Shown here: one piece after another, positions 30,209 to 38,639 of the stretch
Position numbering within the stretch: the first letter of the stretch is position 1
Layout: each line of letters starts with the position of its first letter
From: an uncultured Gammaproteobacteria bacterium
GTDB taxonomy: Bacteria > Patescibacteriota > Microgenomatia > Woykebacterales > RBG-16-39-9b
DNA length: 64,000 bases
Direction of reading: 5' to 3'
NCBI GenBank assembly: GCA_964367355.1
Contig: CAYIWY010000006.1
Coordinates: 15,968 to 79,967 of the forward strand
Notes under the pieces: model-generated
What the model saw: only the letters and a program-made list of their open reading frames with translations
Told to the model about the DNA's origin: nothing
Database searches by the model: none
Position numbers and translations under genes: made by a program

Positions 30209-31198
30209 TTAAGATAACGATTTATAAACAGCACTCTCAAAAATGTCACCAACAATTTCCTCAACTATATCCTGAGAGGTAAAAACCCCCTCCATATTAC
30301 CATTGTCATTAACCACAATACCCAAGGAGCTGCCTTTGAACTTGGATTGAGTAACAACTGTGTCTATCCTGGTGTGTTCATTGACAAAGAAGGTTGGGCG
30401 CATTATTTCTTTAAGTTTAGTTTGTAATTTTTCTGCCTTTATCACCCTCAAAACATCAATTACATCTAGTAAACCAATAATCTTTTCCTGTCTCTCTTCA
30501 TACAAAGGATAGCGATCAAAGGGAGAGTCGACTACACTATCGAGAAATTGCTCGACGGTTAGTTCAGAGTCAAAAGTAATTACCTGGGCTCTTGGGGTCA
30601 TTATTTGTTTAACAGTTATCGTTTCAAAATCTAAAACCGAATGCAAGCGTTCGCTAGCTTCTTTATCCAAAAGACCTTCTTCCCTACCCAGACTAATAAC
30701 CGAACGGATTTCTGCTTCAGTAAATGTAGTTTTTTTGTCACCGGTTAATTTATTGACAATCCTAGTGATTCCTTCCAGACCTACGACCACGGGAAAAAGT
30801 AAAAATTCAAGAATTTGCATTGGTTTAGCCATTATCAAAGCGAGGTTTTCAGCGTTTTGGATTGCAAAACTCTTTGGGACTATATCTGTAAAAACTAAGA
30901 CCAGAAGGGTTACGACCCCGGTTGCAATACCAATACCTTCATTTCCGAAAGCTTTAATTGCAATTGCAGTAAAAAAAGCCGCTGTAAAAGTATTGGTTAA
31001 ATTACTTCCAATGAGAATCGTTATTAATAACTTGTGTGGCCTAGACTTTAGTGCTAAAAGTGTGCTTGCCCCTCTTTTATTTTCGGCAACAAACGAACGG
31101 ATCCGACTTTTGCTGAGTGAAAACATTGAAGTTTCACTAGCAGAAAAAACTGCTGAGAAAGCTAAAAGTATTATTAGTAAACTAAAATCAAAAATCAT
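30209..31198 (-). CDS. HlyC/CorC (CNNM) family transporter with CBS domains
   Basis: DUF21 TM domain followed by a CBS pair; 329 aa. Confidence 0.8.
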   Translation of the reverse strand: MIFDFSLLIILLAFSAVFSASETSMFSLSKSRIRSFVAENKRGASTLLALKSRPHKLLITILIGSNLTNTFTAAFFTAIAIKAFGNEGIGIATGVVTLLVLVFTDIVPKSFAIQNAENLALIMAKPMQILEFLLFPVVVGLEGITRIVNKLTGDKKTTFTEAEIRSVISLGREEGLLDKEASERLHSVLDFETITVKQIMTPRAQVITFDSELTVEQFLDSVVDSPFDRYPLYEERQEKIIGLLDVIDVLRVIKAEKLQTKLKEIMRPTFFVNEHTRIDTVVTQSKFKGSSLGIVVNDNGNMEGVFTSQDIVEEIVGDIFESAVYKSLS

Positions 31199-31379
31199 GG
31201 GATAGTTTAATTATTGAATATTTTGATGGAAATTAACATAGATGCAAATTAAATATTACTATTTGGTGGCTGTGGTTGGAGGCAGATGCTTCGCATCCAA
31301 TCCCGCTTAAAGCGGGACCGAACCAACGACCAACGGCTTACAATTGTAAATTGCAGAGAACGAAGTGAATCTACAACTG

Positions 31380-31454
31380 TGGTGGCTGGGGTGAGATTCG
31401 AACTCACAACCGTAGCCTTATGAAGACTCTGCTCCGCCATTGAGCTACCCAGCC
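31380..31454 (-). tRNA. tRNA-Met(CAU), elongator-type (or the tRNA-Ile2 lysidine substrate)
   Basis: Manual fold: G1-C72, D-arm GCTC/GAGC, anticodon loop UUCAUAA, T-arm GUGAG-UUCGAAU-CUCAC, encoded CCA. Confidence 0.8.
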
Positions 31455-31491
31455 AAAGTGGGCAAATTATATCAGAGGTAGATAAAACGCA

Positions 31492-31518
31492 CAAATCCGT
31501 CTTTTAGAGACGGATTTG
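31492..31518. terminator. Perfect 11-bp-stem hairpin between the two tRNA genes
   Basis: CAAATCCGTCT-TTTAG-AGACGGATTTG. Confidence 0.45.
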
Positions 31519-31521
31519 CCT

Positions 31522-31596
31522 TGGTTGCGGGTGCCGGACTCGAACCGGCTTAAGGAAGATTATGAGCCTTCCGGGATTCCATACCCCCCACCCGCG
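31522..31596 (-). tRNA. Initiator tRNA-fMet(CAU)
   Basis: 5' CGCGGGU and 3' ACCCGCA-A-CCA give the C1xA72 mismatch diagnostic of bacterial initiator tRNA; loop CUCAUAA; T-arm GCCGG-UUCGAGU-CCGGC. Confidence 0.8.
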
Positions 31597-31717
31597 ACGT
31601 TTTAGTTGCCCGATTCTAACATAGGCTTGAACTTAAGTCAATTTATGCACTTCTTTAGCGTTGACTTTTCAAGCTACTTGGCAGTAACATTTAACCAGCA
31701 TTAATTTTCAAGCTGCC

Positions 31718-32188
31718 ATGGACTTAATCAAAGAATTAAAAATAGCAATCAAAAACCCCCTTAACTTTAAAAATTTACTGATTATTTTTTTCCACATTTT
31801 TTTAGTCTTGATAGTTGGTTTATCAATGTTAGTTCTGGTGAAATTTTTCTTTCTTGGCAGTTCAGCTAGAACAGCTTGTACAACCCCAAAAACAACCAGT
31901 GTAAAAAGCTCAGTAACCTCAGTTAAAAATGTAGTTTACAAAATAAATTTCTCTGGAAATGAGAAGTGCTTTATGCAATCTTGGTTTACCTGGGCAAACG
32001 ACAATAAAGACTTATCTCTCTGGGTTTATGACCCAAGTGGTAATGTCAGTATTATTGATTCAACTAAAACACAACCAAACTTAAACTATTTTTCAAACTC
32101 ACCCTTAATCAAGGGTGATTGGAGATTGATAGTAAAAACAACAAGCAAAACCAAAGTTTACTACAGTGGTGAAATCGCGATCAGATAA
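31718..32188 (+). CDS. Hypothetical membrane-anchored protein
   Basis: N-terminal TM; beta-rich C-terminus. Confidence 0.5.
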   Translation: MDLIKELKIAIKNPLNFKNLLIIFFHIFLVLIVGLSMLVLVKFFFLGSSARTACTTPKTTSVKSSVTSVKNVVYKINFSGNEKCFMQSWFTWANDNKDLSLWVYDPSGNVSIIDSTKTQPNLNYFSNSPLIKGDWRLIVKTTSKTKVYYSGEIAIR

Positions 32189-32191
32189 ACT

Positions 32192-32956
32192 ATGCTAGAA
32201 CTAATAAAAAAAACAATCGAGCCCCCTTACAATGCTCGGGATTTATACTCAATTTTTGCTGCATTATTTATTATGTTACTCGTACCGTTAACTGTTCTTG
32301 AGTCTACAAAAGCTCAAGATGACCGTACTTCTGCAGCAACGCTGCCAATACAAAAATTAAACCAAGATATAAATGTCGACATAACCTCACCACGAAATAA
32401 TGATCTTGTAAAAGGCTCTGTTGATGTGTCAGTTGAAGCTAGCAACACAAAGGACAATATTTCTAGTATCAGCCTCTACCTAAACAAAAAACTGCTAGCA
32501 ATTGTGAAAAACCCTTCCCCAACCAATGTTTTTGCAACAAGAGTTACAATTGACACGACAAAAGAAAAAAACGGCATACAATCTTTAATTGCATACGGTT
32601 ACAACAGTGTTGGCGAACAAAATAGATCAAGTAGTGTCTCAATCAATCTTGTGAATTTGGATACTACTTTGCCTTCTGTTAGCTTTAGTAATTTAAAAGA
32701 TGGTGATTATTTAAGTAATACAAGTTTTTTTGTTAAGGTTATTGCTAACGATGAGACTGCAATTTCTTCAATCTCAATTTACTTGGACAAGACACTTTTG
32801 AGACAATTCTCCAAAATTCCTTATGAAACATTTATCGATCTAAGTAAAACTACCCCAGGGAATCATGTACTTAGTGCCAAGGCTATTGACTTTGCTGGTA
32901 ATGAAAGTACCGTTAATGTTGAGTTCTATAAAGGTGTAAAAAAGATTACAAATTAA
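32192..32956 (+). CDS. Hypothetical surface protein with two Ig-like repeats
   Basis: N-terminal TM; internal repeats SSISLYLNKKLL and SSISIYLDKTLL. Confidence 0.5.
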   Translation: MLELIKKTIEPPYNARDLYSIFAALFIMLLVPLTVLESTKAQDDRTSAATLPIQKLNQDINVDITSPRNNDLVKGSVDVSVEASNTKDNISSISLYLNKKLLAIVKNPSPTNVFATRVTIDTTKEKNGIQSLIAYGYNSVGEQNRSSSVSINLVNLDTTLPSVSFSNLKDGDYLSNTSFFVKVIANDETAISSISIYLDKTLLRQFSKIPYETFIDLSKTTPGNHVLSAKAIDFAGNESTVNVEFYKGVKKITN

Positions 32957-33311
32957 TTTTTAGTAACTCTAGCCACTTGGTAAAATTTGATTTTTCTTTT
33001 TGGATTGAACTAGCCTCATTTGAATTAAGATCCCCGTCTTGTAATACAATTATAGTTTCCCCTTGCTTCCCATAACCCAATTTATCCCTTGCTTCCTTTT
33101 CCAAAGAAAACTCTGATTGTTTTAGGCTTACCTTTTGAGTTAGTTCTTGATTTTTTATTTTTAAAGATTTCAAATCATTTTGATTACTATTAATTTCTTT
33201 TAGTTTTTTGTAAGAGTCGTAGCTGCCTCGAGCAAGGTTTGAGATGGTAACTATGAGAATAATTATTACACCAATCGAAAGCAGTTTCCTCATAGTTAAA
33301 TTATACATCAT
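32946..33311 (-). CDS. Septum formation initiator (FtsB/DivIC-like)
   Basis: TM, coiled coil, then EKEARDKLGYGKQGE matching the DivIC/FtsB C-terminal motif. Confidence 0.6.
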   Translation of the reverse strand: MMYNLTMRKLLSIGVIIILIVTISNLARGSYDSYKKLKEINSNQNDLKSLKIKNQELTQKVSLKQSEFSLEKEARDKLGYGKQGETIIVLQDGDLNSNEASSIQKEKSNFTKWLELLKINL

Positions 33312-33416
33312 TCGTCTTTGGCTATTTTTGGGATAATAAGCTAGTTTTTAAACGTCCCATAGTCTCTTGACAGATGTTGAAACTCCTGTTAAACTAAGAA
33401 ATAGTTAAAGCTCACT

Positions 33417-34289
33417 ATGATTAAAATTAAAGATGCCCACTCAAAATTTGTAGATCATCTCAAGTCTCAAGGTCGCTCCAGTGCGACTGTTTTAGCATAT
33501 GGAAAAGATATTGAACAGCTCGCTACCTTTCTTGAAGAACTAAAAAAGAGCCACGTCCACGAAGTTGGTACTAAAGATCTACAAGCTTTTATGGCTAAGT
33601 TGGTTAAAGAAGGCTACACCCCAAAAAGTGTTTCCCGAAAAACAAACTCAACTAAAACTTTTTTCCGGTTTCTAAAGGTTAATGAAATTATCACCGACGA
33701 TCCAGCTACACTTCTTGAACACCCTAAATTTGAGATGAAACCGCCAAGGATTCTTTCCAAGATGGAGTATCGCGCTCTCCGCGACGCTGCAAGAAGTGAT
33801 ACTCGACTCTCAGCAATTATTGAGCTACTTCTGCAAACCGGAATTAGGATCGGTGAGCTGGCTAAGCTAAGACTTCCTGATGTAAAGTTTGGCGAAAACT
33901 CACGGGCCGGAGAACTTCATGTTCCAGCTGGAGAAAGCTACCCAGACAGAAACGTTCCTTTGAATAAAGCCTGTGAGACTTCTTTGAAGAAGTATCTGGA
34001 TATCCGTCCGCAAACTAAAGACGATACTCTTTTTATTACGAAAACTGGCCGTCCGCTACTCGTTAGAAATATCAGAACAGCAATTGACCGTTATTTCCGC
34101 CTCGCCGGAATTAAGGGAGCCAAGGTAAACGACTTGCGCCACACTTTTGTCGCTCATCACTTAATGAGTGGTACGTCTTTGGTATTGGTAAGTAAGCTTG
34201 CCGGTCACAAGCGCTTGGCTACAACTGAAAAGTATCTCAACTTGATTCAAAGCCGGTTGGATGAACCAGTTAAGCTAGAAGAGCTGTAA
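33417..34289 (+). CDS. Tyrosine recombinase (XerC/XerD-like, phage integrase family)
   Basis: C-terminal catalytic residues R...HxxR...Y (LRHTFVAHHLMSG ... TTEKYLNL). Confidence 0.8.
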   Translation: MIKIKDAHSKFVDHLKSQGRSSATVLAYGKDIEQLATFLEELKKSHVHEVGTKDLQAFMAKLVKEGYTPKSVSRKTNSTKTFFRFLKVNEIITDDPATLLEHPKFEMKPPRILSKMEYRALRDAARSDTRLSAIIELLLQTGIRIGELAKLRLPDVKFGENSRAGELHVPAGESYPDRNVPLNKACETSLKKYLDIRPQTKDDTLFITKTGRPLLVRNIRTAIDRYFRLAGIKGAKVNDLRHTFVAHHLMSGTSLVLVSKLAGHKRLATTEKYLNLIQSRLDEPVKLEEL

Positions 34290-35035
34290 GGCCTTCGAAA
34301 CGGTATTAATTTCCAAATTGTTTGCGCTTCAGCACTCTCCATTCTCCTAAGTAAAAAGATAAACATCGTTACCAAAAAAACTAGTTCCAAAATTATCCCG
34401 ACCAAACCTCCTAAAAGGAATAGATTAAAAGTTGCGTGAGTTAACATAGCTGCAAACAAACCTTTGAAAAAAACGCCCTTCTCCCCGGTAAACTTCTCTT
34501 TTCCAAGAAAATAACCAGATATCCCAGTTGCTGTCGCGTGAAGCAGAGTTGTCGCCAAGAATCGTAAAACAAATACTACAACTAGCATACCTACTCCTTT
34601 TTCCAAAGCATCAAAAAAATAAAATAAATTTTCGAGAGTTGCAAAACCGAGTGCTGCACTTACCCCTAAAACAGCCCCATCAACCACCTGGTTAAACTTG
34701 GGATCTTTATAAGCAAAAATTTTGACTGCGAAAATTTTGATTATTTCTTCGATAAAGGCTAGGAGTATGGTTAAGACGACGACAATAATCGCTAAATCCG
34801 AACTTAATGTTTTCACTTTTTCGAGGTTGAAAAAGGTTGTTCTAATATGATCTGGAAGTGGTAGGATCACTACCAAATTAATAATTATCGCAACAACAGC
34901 GCTTAGTCCACCAAAAATAAAAATTTTTGTGATAAGTCTTTTTGGGATTGGATCAAATTTTTCCTCATGTAAAAAAACAACAAACCAGAAAATTGTGGGT
35001 AAAAAAGCTAAAAAAAGTAAGATAAGCAGCGTCAT
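34247..35035 (-). CDS. PrsW-family intramembrane metalloprotease-like protein
   Basis: Polytopic; EEIIK (EExxK), FxxxH and HATFN motifs of PrsW/CPBP. Confidence 0.6.
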   Translation of the reverse strand: MTLLILLFLAFLPTIFWFVVFLHEEKFDPIPKRLITKIFIFGGLSAVVAIIINLVVILPLPDHIRTTFFNLEKVKTLSSDLAIIVVVLTILLAFIEEIIKIFAVKIFAYKDPKFNQVVDGAVLGVSAALGFATLENLFYFFDALEKGVGMLVVVFVLRFLATTLLHATATGISGYFLGKEKFTGEKGVFFKGLFAAMLTHATFNLFLLGGLVGIILELVFLVTMFIFLLRRMESAEAQTIWKLIPFRRPYSSSSLTGSSNRL

Positions 35036-35104
35036 TGATATCTAATGATATTCGGATTATTTCTTGATTGTCAATGAAAATTTAGACAAAAAGTTTTTTG
35101 GATT

Positions 35105-35506
35105 TTAGTTGTACCCACCAAGATTATCGGTTTTTGCTAAGGCTAAACTTAAGCTACTGATAGTTTTACCGTCAATATTGATATTTATCTGATAATTACC
35201 GGCTTCCGGAAAGGTTGTATTGATTAACTCAATAATGAAGTTAAAATTCTTCTTACCCTCATTTATGGGTAGGTTTACATCTCTTTCCTGTGTCTCTTGT
35301 AGGATCGACCGGCTATTTTTTTCCGAGACAATATCAATTGCTAGTTTAAACTTCTCTTTTGAAGCTGCGACGCTACCAACCAATGTAAATTTCTGATGGC
35401 TAACCGGAAAACTTCCTGCATTTATTGTCTCAAAAACACCAATTATATTGACCTTACGGTCAATTGATAAAAAAGCGCTATCACAGAGTAATGCGTAGAG
35501 TAGTTT
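35105..35506 (-). CDS. Hypothetical protein
   Basis: ORF; likely start MKLLYAL at 35506. Confidence 0.45.
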   Translation of the reverse strand, partial: KLLYALLCDSAFLSIDRKVNIIGVFETINAGSFPVSHQKFTLVGSVAASKEKFKLAIDIVSEKNSRSILQETQERDVNLPINEGKKNFNFIIELINTTFPEAGNYQININIDGKTISSLSLALAKTDNLGGYN

Positions 35507-35517
35507 CATGGTTTTTT

Positions 35518-35556
35518 GTGGACACACTTGGATTTGAACCAAGGACCCCTAATTAG
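35518..35556 (-). pseudogene. 3' half of a tRNA (anticodon-stem 3' strand, T-arm, acceptor 3' strand) with no contiguous 5' half
   Basis: AGGGGTCCTTGGTTCAAATCCAAGTGTGTCCAC; T-arm identical to the adjacent tRNA-Ile; acceptor TGTGTCC complements GGACACA at 35711-35717. Confidence 0.5.
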
Positions 35557-35591
35557 TGAGAACCTACAGTAATCAAGTCAATTAAGACCTT

Positions 35592-35667
35592 TGGTGGGCC
35601 AGCTTGGATTTGAACCAAGGACCCCTACTTTATAAGAGTAGTGCTCTAACCGCTGAGCTACTGGCCC
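35592..35667 (-). tRNA. tRNA-Ile(UAU)
   Basis: Manual fold: acceptor GGGCCAG/CUGGCCC, D-arm GCUC-AGCGGUUA-GAGC, anticodon stem CUACU/AGUAG, loop CUUAUAA (anticodon UAU), T-arm CUUGG-UUCAAAU-CCAAG, discriminator A plus CCA; Ile-type body. Confidence 0.8.
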
Positions 35668-35688
35668 TTTTGCCAGTTCTCAGTAAAA

Positions 35689-35717
35689 TAGTGCTCTAAC
35701 CACTGAGCTATGTGTCC
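35689..35717 (-). pseudogene. 5' half of a tRNA (acceptor 5' strand plus D-arm) with no contiguous 3' half
   Basis: GGACACATAGCTCAGTGGTTAGAGCAC; pairs with the 3' half at 35518-35556. Confidence 0.5.
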
Positions 35718-36058
35718 AAATTAAAGGGATTTTATCACAGTCAGATTTCAAAGTCTCTCAATAAAAGAGGGACTCCACAGTTCGAGGGTTAACCGTGGAG
35801 CTCAATAGAAATGACCAAATTACCCTTTGGAAAGTAGCGTGCCAGATCAATGGTGTGGTCGTTGGTCTAACCCATCTTTCACCACTGCAAGCCCGTTACT
35901 ACCATTTGCCTTTGAAGGTATCCATAGTGGGTCTGGACTAAATTGTCTTTTCTTTTAGCAGAACAACCCTCATTGAAACACCACTTGTTCCGCAAGACAC
36001 TCTCTCCTTTAAGGCTCTGGTTTAATTATTTTAACACTGAGGTCAAACAAACAGACTT

Positions 36059-37036
36059 TTAGTTAGTAAATTCTTGGCAAAACATTTTGCCGTTGATCCC
36101 TCCGTCAATTACCCCTACTCCTAGAGTTCCAAATTCAGCTCGTAAAATATTTTCCCGATGGCCTGGGGAATTCATTAACCCTTGATGAGCTATAGGAACA
36201 CTTGGCGCATAAGCTAGATTCTCTCCAGCCGCTATGTAATCAATCAATGCTTCTTGAATCCTGTCAAAGGGGGACTTTCCCTCTATTGTGTAATGTGAAA
36301 AATAATTACGCTTAAACATATCGCTGCAATGAGCTCGGCCAACAGCGGCAAGAGCATTGCTAAATTTTAATTGGTTCAAACCAGAGGCCTTTCTCTCTTT
36401 GTTGACAAGGTCAAACATTTCTTTTTCTGACCCTGGGTCTTCATTTAAAACAATGTTCTCTGGTAAATTAAGTTCTTGAATATCCTCGCTAACTGAATTG
36501 GTTGGGGTAAGAACATAAACCAAATTTTTGTAAGGAACTCGATTTAAGATTTTCTCTATCCTCTGGATCTGAGAGATACCCCTACTGGCAACATTTTGAC
36601 CCCACCAGGACTCTTGTACTGGCGTACGCAGCCAGGATTTAACCGGTAGCACTAGAACCAACACCATTAGTACTGAGACTAAAAATAGACCGACTAAAAC
36701 TGATGGGATTACTCCAAGATATTTATCCACTTTGGCAATTGTTTTTGATTTTTTATAAAGTGGGGCTATTTTTGAGTAGAGAAAGGTTAATAAAAAGCTG
36801 AGTGTAAATTCCAAAAGAACAAGGCAGATAATAAAGCCAATGATTGGAGATATGTTTTCATTAAAATTAAATTTACTCTCTAAAAATCCCCCTAAATAAG
36901 GATAAAATACAGTGGAAAGTACAAAGGCAGCAATTGTTGCTAGTAAATTTAAAAGTCCGCCAACCAGACCAGTTCGATAGCCTTGCCAAATCAAGTAAGC
37001 AATAAAAACGACAATAAAAACATCAACAAAATTCAT
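36059..37036 (-). CDS. CvpA-family membrane domain fused to an extracytoplasmic CAP (SCP/PR-1) domain
   Basis: N-terminal MNFVDVFIVVFIAYLIWQGYRTG (CvpA-like, 4 TM); C-terminal GHRENIL and HYTQV-like CAP motifs. Confidence 0.7.
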   Translation of the reverse strand: MNFVDVFIVVFIAYLIWQGYRTGLVGGLLNLLATIAAFVLSTVFYPYLGGFLESKFNFNENISPIIGFIICLVLLEFTLSFLLTFLYSKIAPLYKKSKTIAKVDKYLGVIPSVLVGLFLVSVLMVLVLVLPVKSWLRTPVQESWWGQNVASRGISQIQRIEKILNRVPYKNLVYVLTPTNSVSEDIQELNLPENIVLNEDPGSEKEMFDLVNKERKASGLNQLKFSNALAAVGRAHCSDMFKRNYFSHYTIEGKSPFDRIQEALIDYIAAGENLAYAPSVPIAHQGLMNSPGHRENILRAEFGTLGVGVIDGGINGKMFCQEFTN

Positions 37037-37042
37037 AATTTA

Positions 37043-37339
37043 TTAAATTCCAATTTCTGCTCTAGCTTCTGGATTAATTTTTGACAAATCCCAGACAGGA
37101 TCGAAAGTTAGCCTTAAAGTTAATTTGCCCAAGTTTTCAATCGAACCCACTGTGTCATTAATTTCTTTATTTATTATCCCACCCAAGGGACAGCCTGGAA
37201 ATGTCAAAGTCATTAAAATATCAACGTCATTTTTTTTAACCGAGATATTATAAATAAGACCAAGGTCAACAATATTTATTCCGAGTTCCGGGTCAAGTAC
37301 TTCTCGCAATTTATTTTCAACAAGTTTTTTGGTGACCAT
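37043..37339 (-). CDS. DUF59/MIP18-family Fe-S assembly protein (SufT-like)
   Basis: 98 aa; VDLGLIY ... TLTFPGCP motif. Confidence 0.7.
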   Translation of the reverse strand: MVTKKLVENKLREVLDPELGINIVDLGLIYNISVKKNDVDILMTLTFPGCPLGGIINKEINDTVGSIENLGKLTLRLTFDPVWDLSKINPEARAEIGI

Positions 37340-37387
37340 TGGACAATAATTTTAGCTGATTTTAAAGAAAAGGAAAACGTTGAAAAA

Positions 37388-37774
37388 CTAAGAGGCACCT
37401 TCGAAGAATTTCTTAACCTCATCAACTACTTGTGATGGGGTGTAGGAAACTTTCAGTAAATAACCATCCGCTCCAAGCTCAAAACCTTCTTTAATGATCG
37501 TTTCTTCTCCAAGGTTGGTTAAAAGTAGTACAGGAATTTTTTTAGTCAGCTCGTTCTCTTTCAAGGCTCGGAGAACTTCAATTCCGCTCATCTTGGGAAG
37601 CATAATATCAAGCAGCATAATATCAGGTTGTTCCTCACCAGCTTTAAGGAGACCCTCTTCCCCATCTTGGGCAACGACAACAGTGTAACCGTTGTTCAAA
37701 AATTCGTGACGATAAATCTCTCTTACGGAGTCCTCGTCGTCAACGACTAAAATTTTCTTAACTTTATCTGCCAT
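37388..37774 (-). CDS. Stand-alone response-regulator receiver (CheY-like) protein
   Basis: KILVVDDE, phospho-acceptor Asp in LLDIMLP, conserved T and K; no output domain. Confidence 0.85.
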   Translation of the reverse strand: MADKVKKILVVDDEDSVREIYRHEFLNNGYTVVVAQDGEEGLLKAGEEQPDIMLLDIMLPKMSGIEVLRALKENELTKKIPVLLLTNLGEETIIKEGFELGADGYLLKVSYTPSQVVDEVKKFFEGAS

Positions 37775-37806
37775 TAGTAATTATGGTATCTCGAAACAGG
37801 TTTCGT

Positions 37807-37866
37807 GTCAACCGCTTCGCGTTTCGCAATTGAAGACAATAGTCAACCGCTTCGCGTTTCGCAATT
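37807..37866. promoter_or_regulatory. Perfect 25-bp tandem direct repeat (period 35 bp) upstream of the receiver gene
   Basis: GTCAACCGCTTCGCGTTTCGCAATT at 37807-37831 and 37842-37866; preceded by a small hairpin CGAAAC-AG-GTTTCG. Confidence 0.7.
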
Positions 37867-37871
37867 TAAAA

Positions 37872-38639
37872 TCAAACATGTAGAACTTGAAGCGTAAGGA
37901 AAACTGTAATTATTCCAATCACAAAAAATATAGCTTGATGCCACTTCCTGTCTTTTAAGTAGACATGTTGCAACTCCGGAATAATATCTGAAGCAGCAAT
38001 ATAGATAAACATACCACCGGTGAAGGCAAGAATCAAACCTAAATAGGGCTCTATCAGATCTGCTACAAATAAAGTCACAATTGCTCCAAGCAGAGCTGCT
38101 AAACCAGACAAAATATTGAAAATAATTGCTTTTTTGGCTCCAATATCGCTTTTGAGTAAAATTGTAAAATCAGAAATTTCCTGAGGAATTTCGTGAGCAG
38201 CAACTGCGAGAGATGTGACTATTCCCAAAGGAATACTTACCAAGAAACTTGAGGCGATTACAAACCCATCAATAAAGTTGTGAAACCCATCTCCAAACAA
38301 AATTAAATTTACTACTGCCTTCCTTCGAGAGCCTTCAAGGTTTTGGGCATCGTTATGGGGATGAAAATTTATCAAAATCCTTTCTAAAAAGAAAAACATA
38401 ACCAGACCAAGCAAGGCTGCAATAAAAATGTTTGGGTTTGAATTTGATTCAGCTTGAGCCTCTGGCAAAAGATCGAGAAAAGCAGTGGCTAAAAGAACAC
38501 CAGCAGCGAAAGACAATAGATGAACACTATTTTCTCCTTCCCAAAGTTTTTTCCATAAAAGAATAAACCCCCCTGCTAGAGAAAGGATGCTTCCAAAAAA
38601 GGTAAAAATTAAAACATATAATACAATTTCAAGATTCAT
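37872..38639 (-). CDS. ZIP-family divalent metal transporter (ZupT-like)
   Basis: HNFIDGFVIA and HEIPQEISDF motifs. Confidence 0.8.
   Translation of the reverse strand: MNLEIVLYVLIFTFFGSILSLAGGFILLWKKLWEGENSVHLLSFAAGVLLATAFLDLLPEAQAESNSNPNIFIAALLGLVMFFFLERILINFHPHNDAQNLEGSRRKAVVNLILFGDGFHNFIDGFVIASSFLVSIPLGIVTSLAVAAHEIPQEISDFTILLKSDIGAKKAIIFNILSGLAALLGAIVTLFVADLIEPYLGLILAFTGGMFIYIAASDIIPELQHVYLKDRKWHQAIFFVIGIITVFLTLQVLHV

Noticed and set aside
31262-31379. Possible third tRNA between tRNA-Met and corC, suggested by a CCACAGCCACCA 3' end
   Set aside because: No matching 5' acceptor strand (GGCUGUG or a G-U variant) and no D- or T-arm could be built. The hairpins present have 3-5-nt loops, unlike a T-loop. 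It is kept only as a repeat observation.
35720-36058. RNase P RNA or tmRNA in the 340-nt ORF-free region
   Set aside because: Could not find the P4 (GGAAAGUCCGGGCUCC-like) or ACAGAACCCGGCUUA motifs, nor a tmRNA tag frame ending ALAA or a tRNA-like 3' end. Left as unassigned possible ncRNA.
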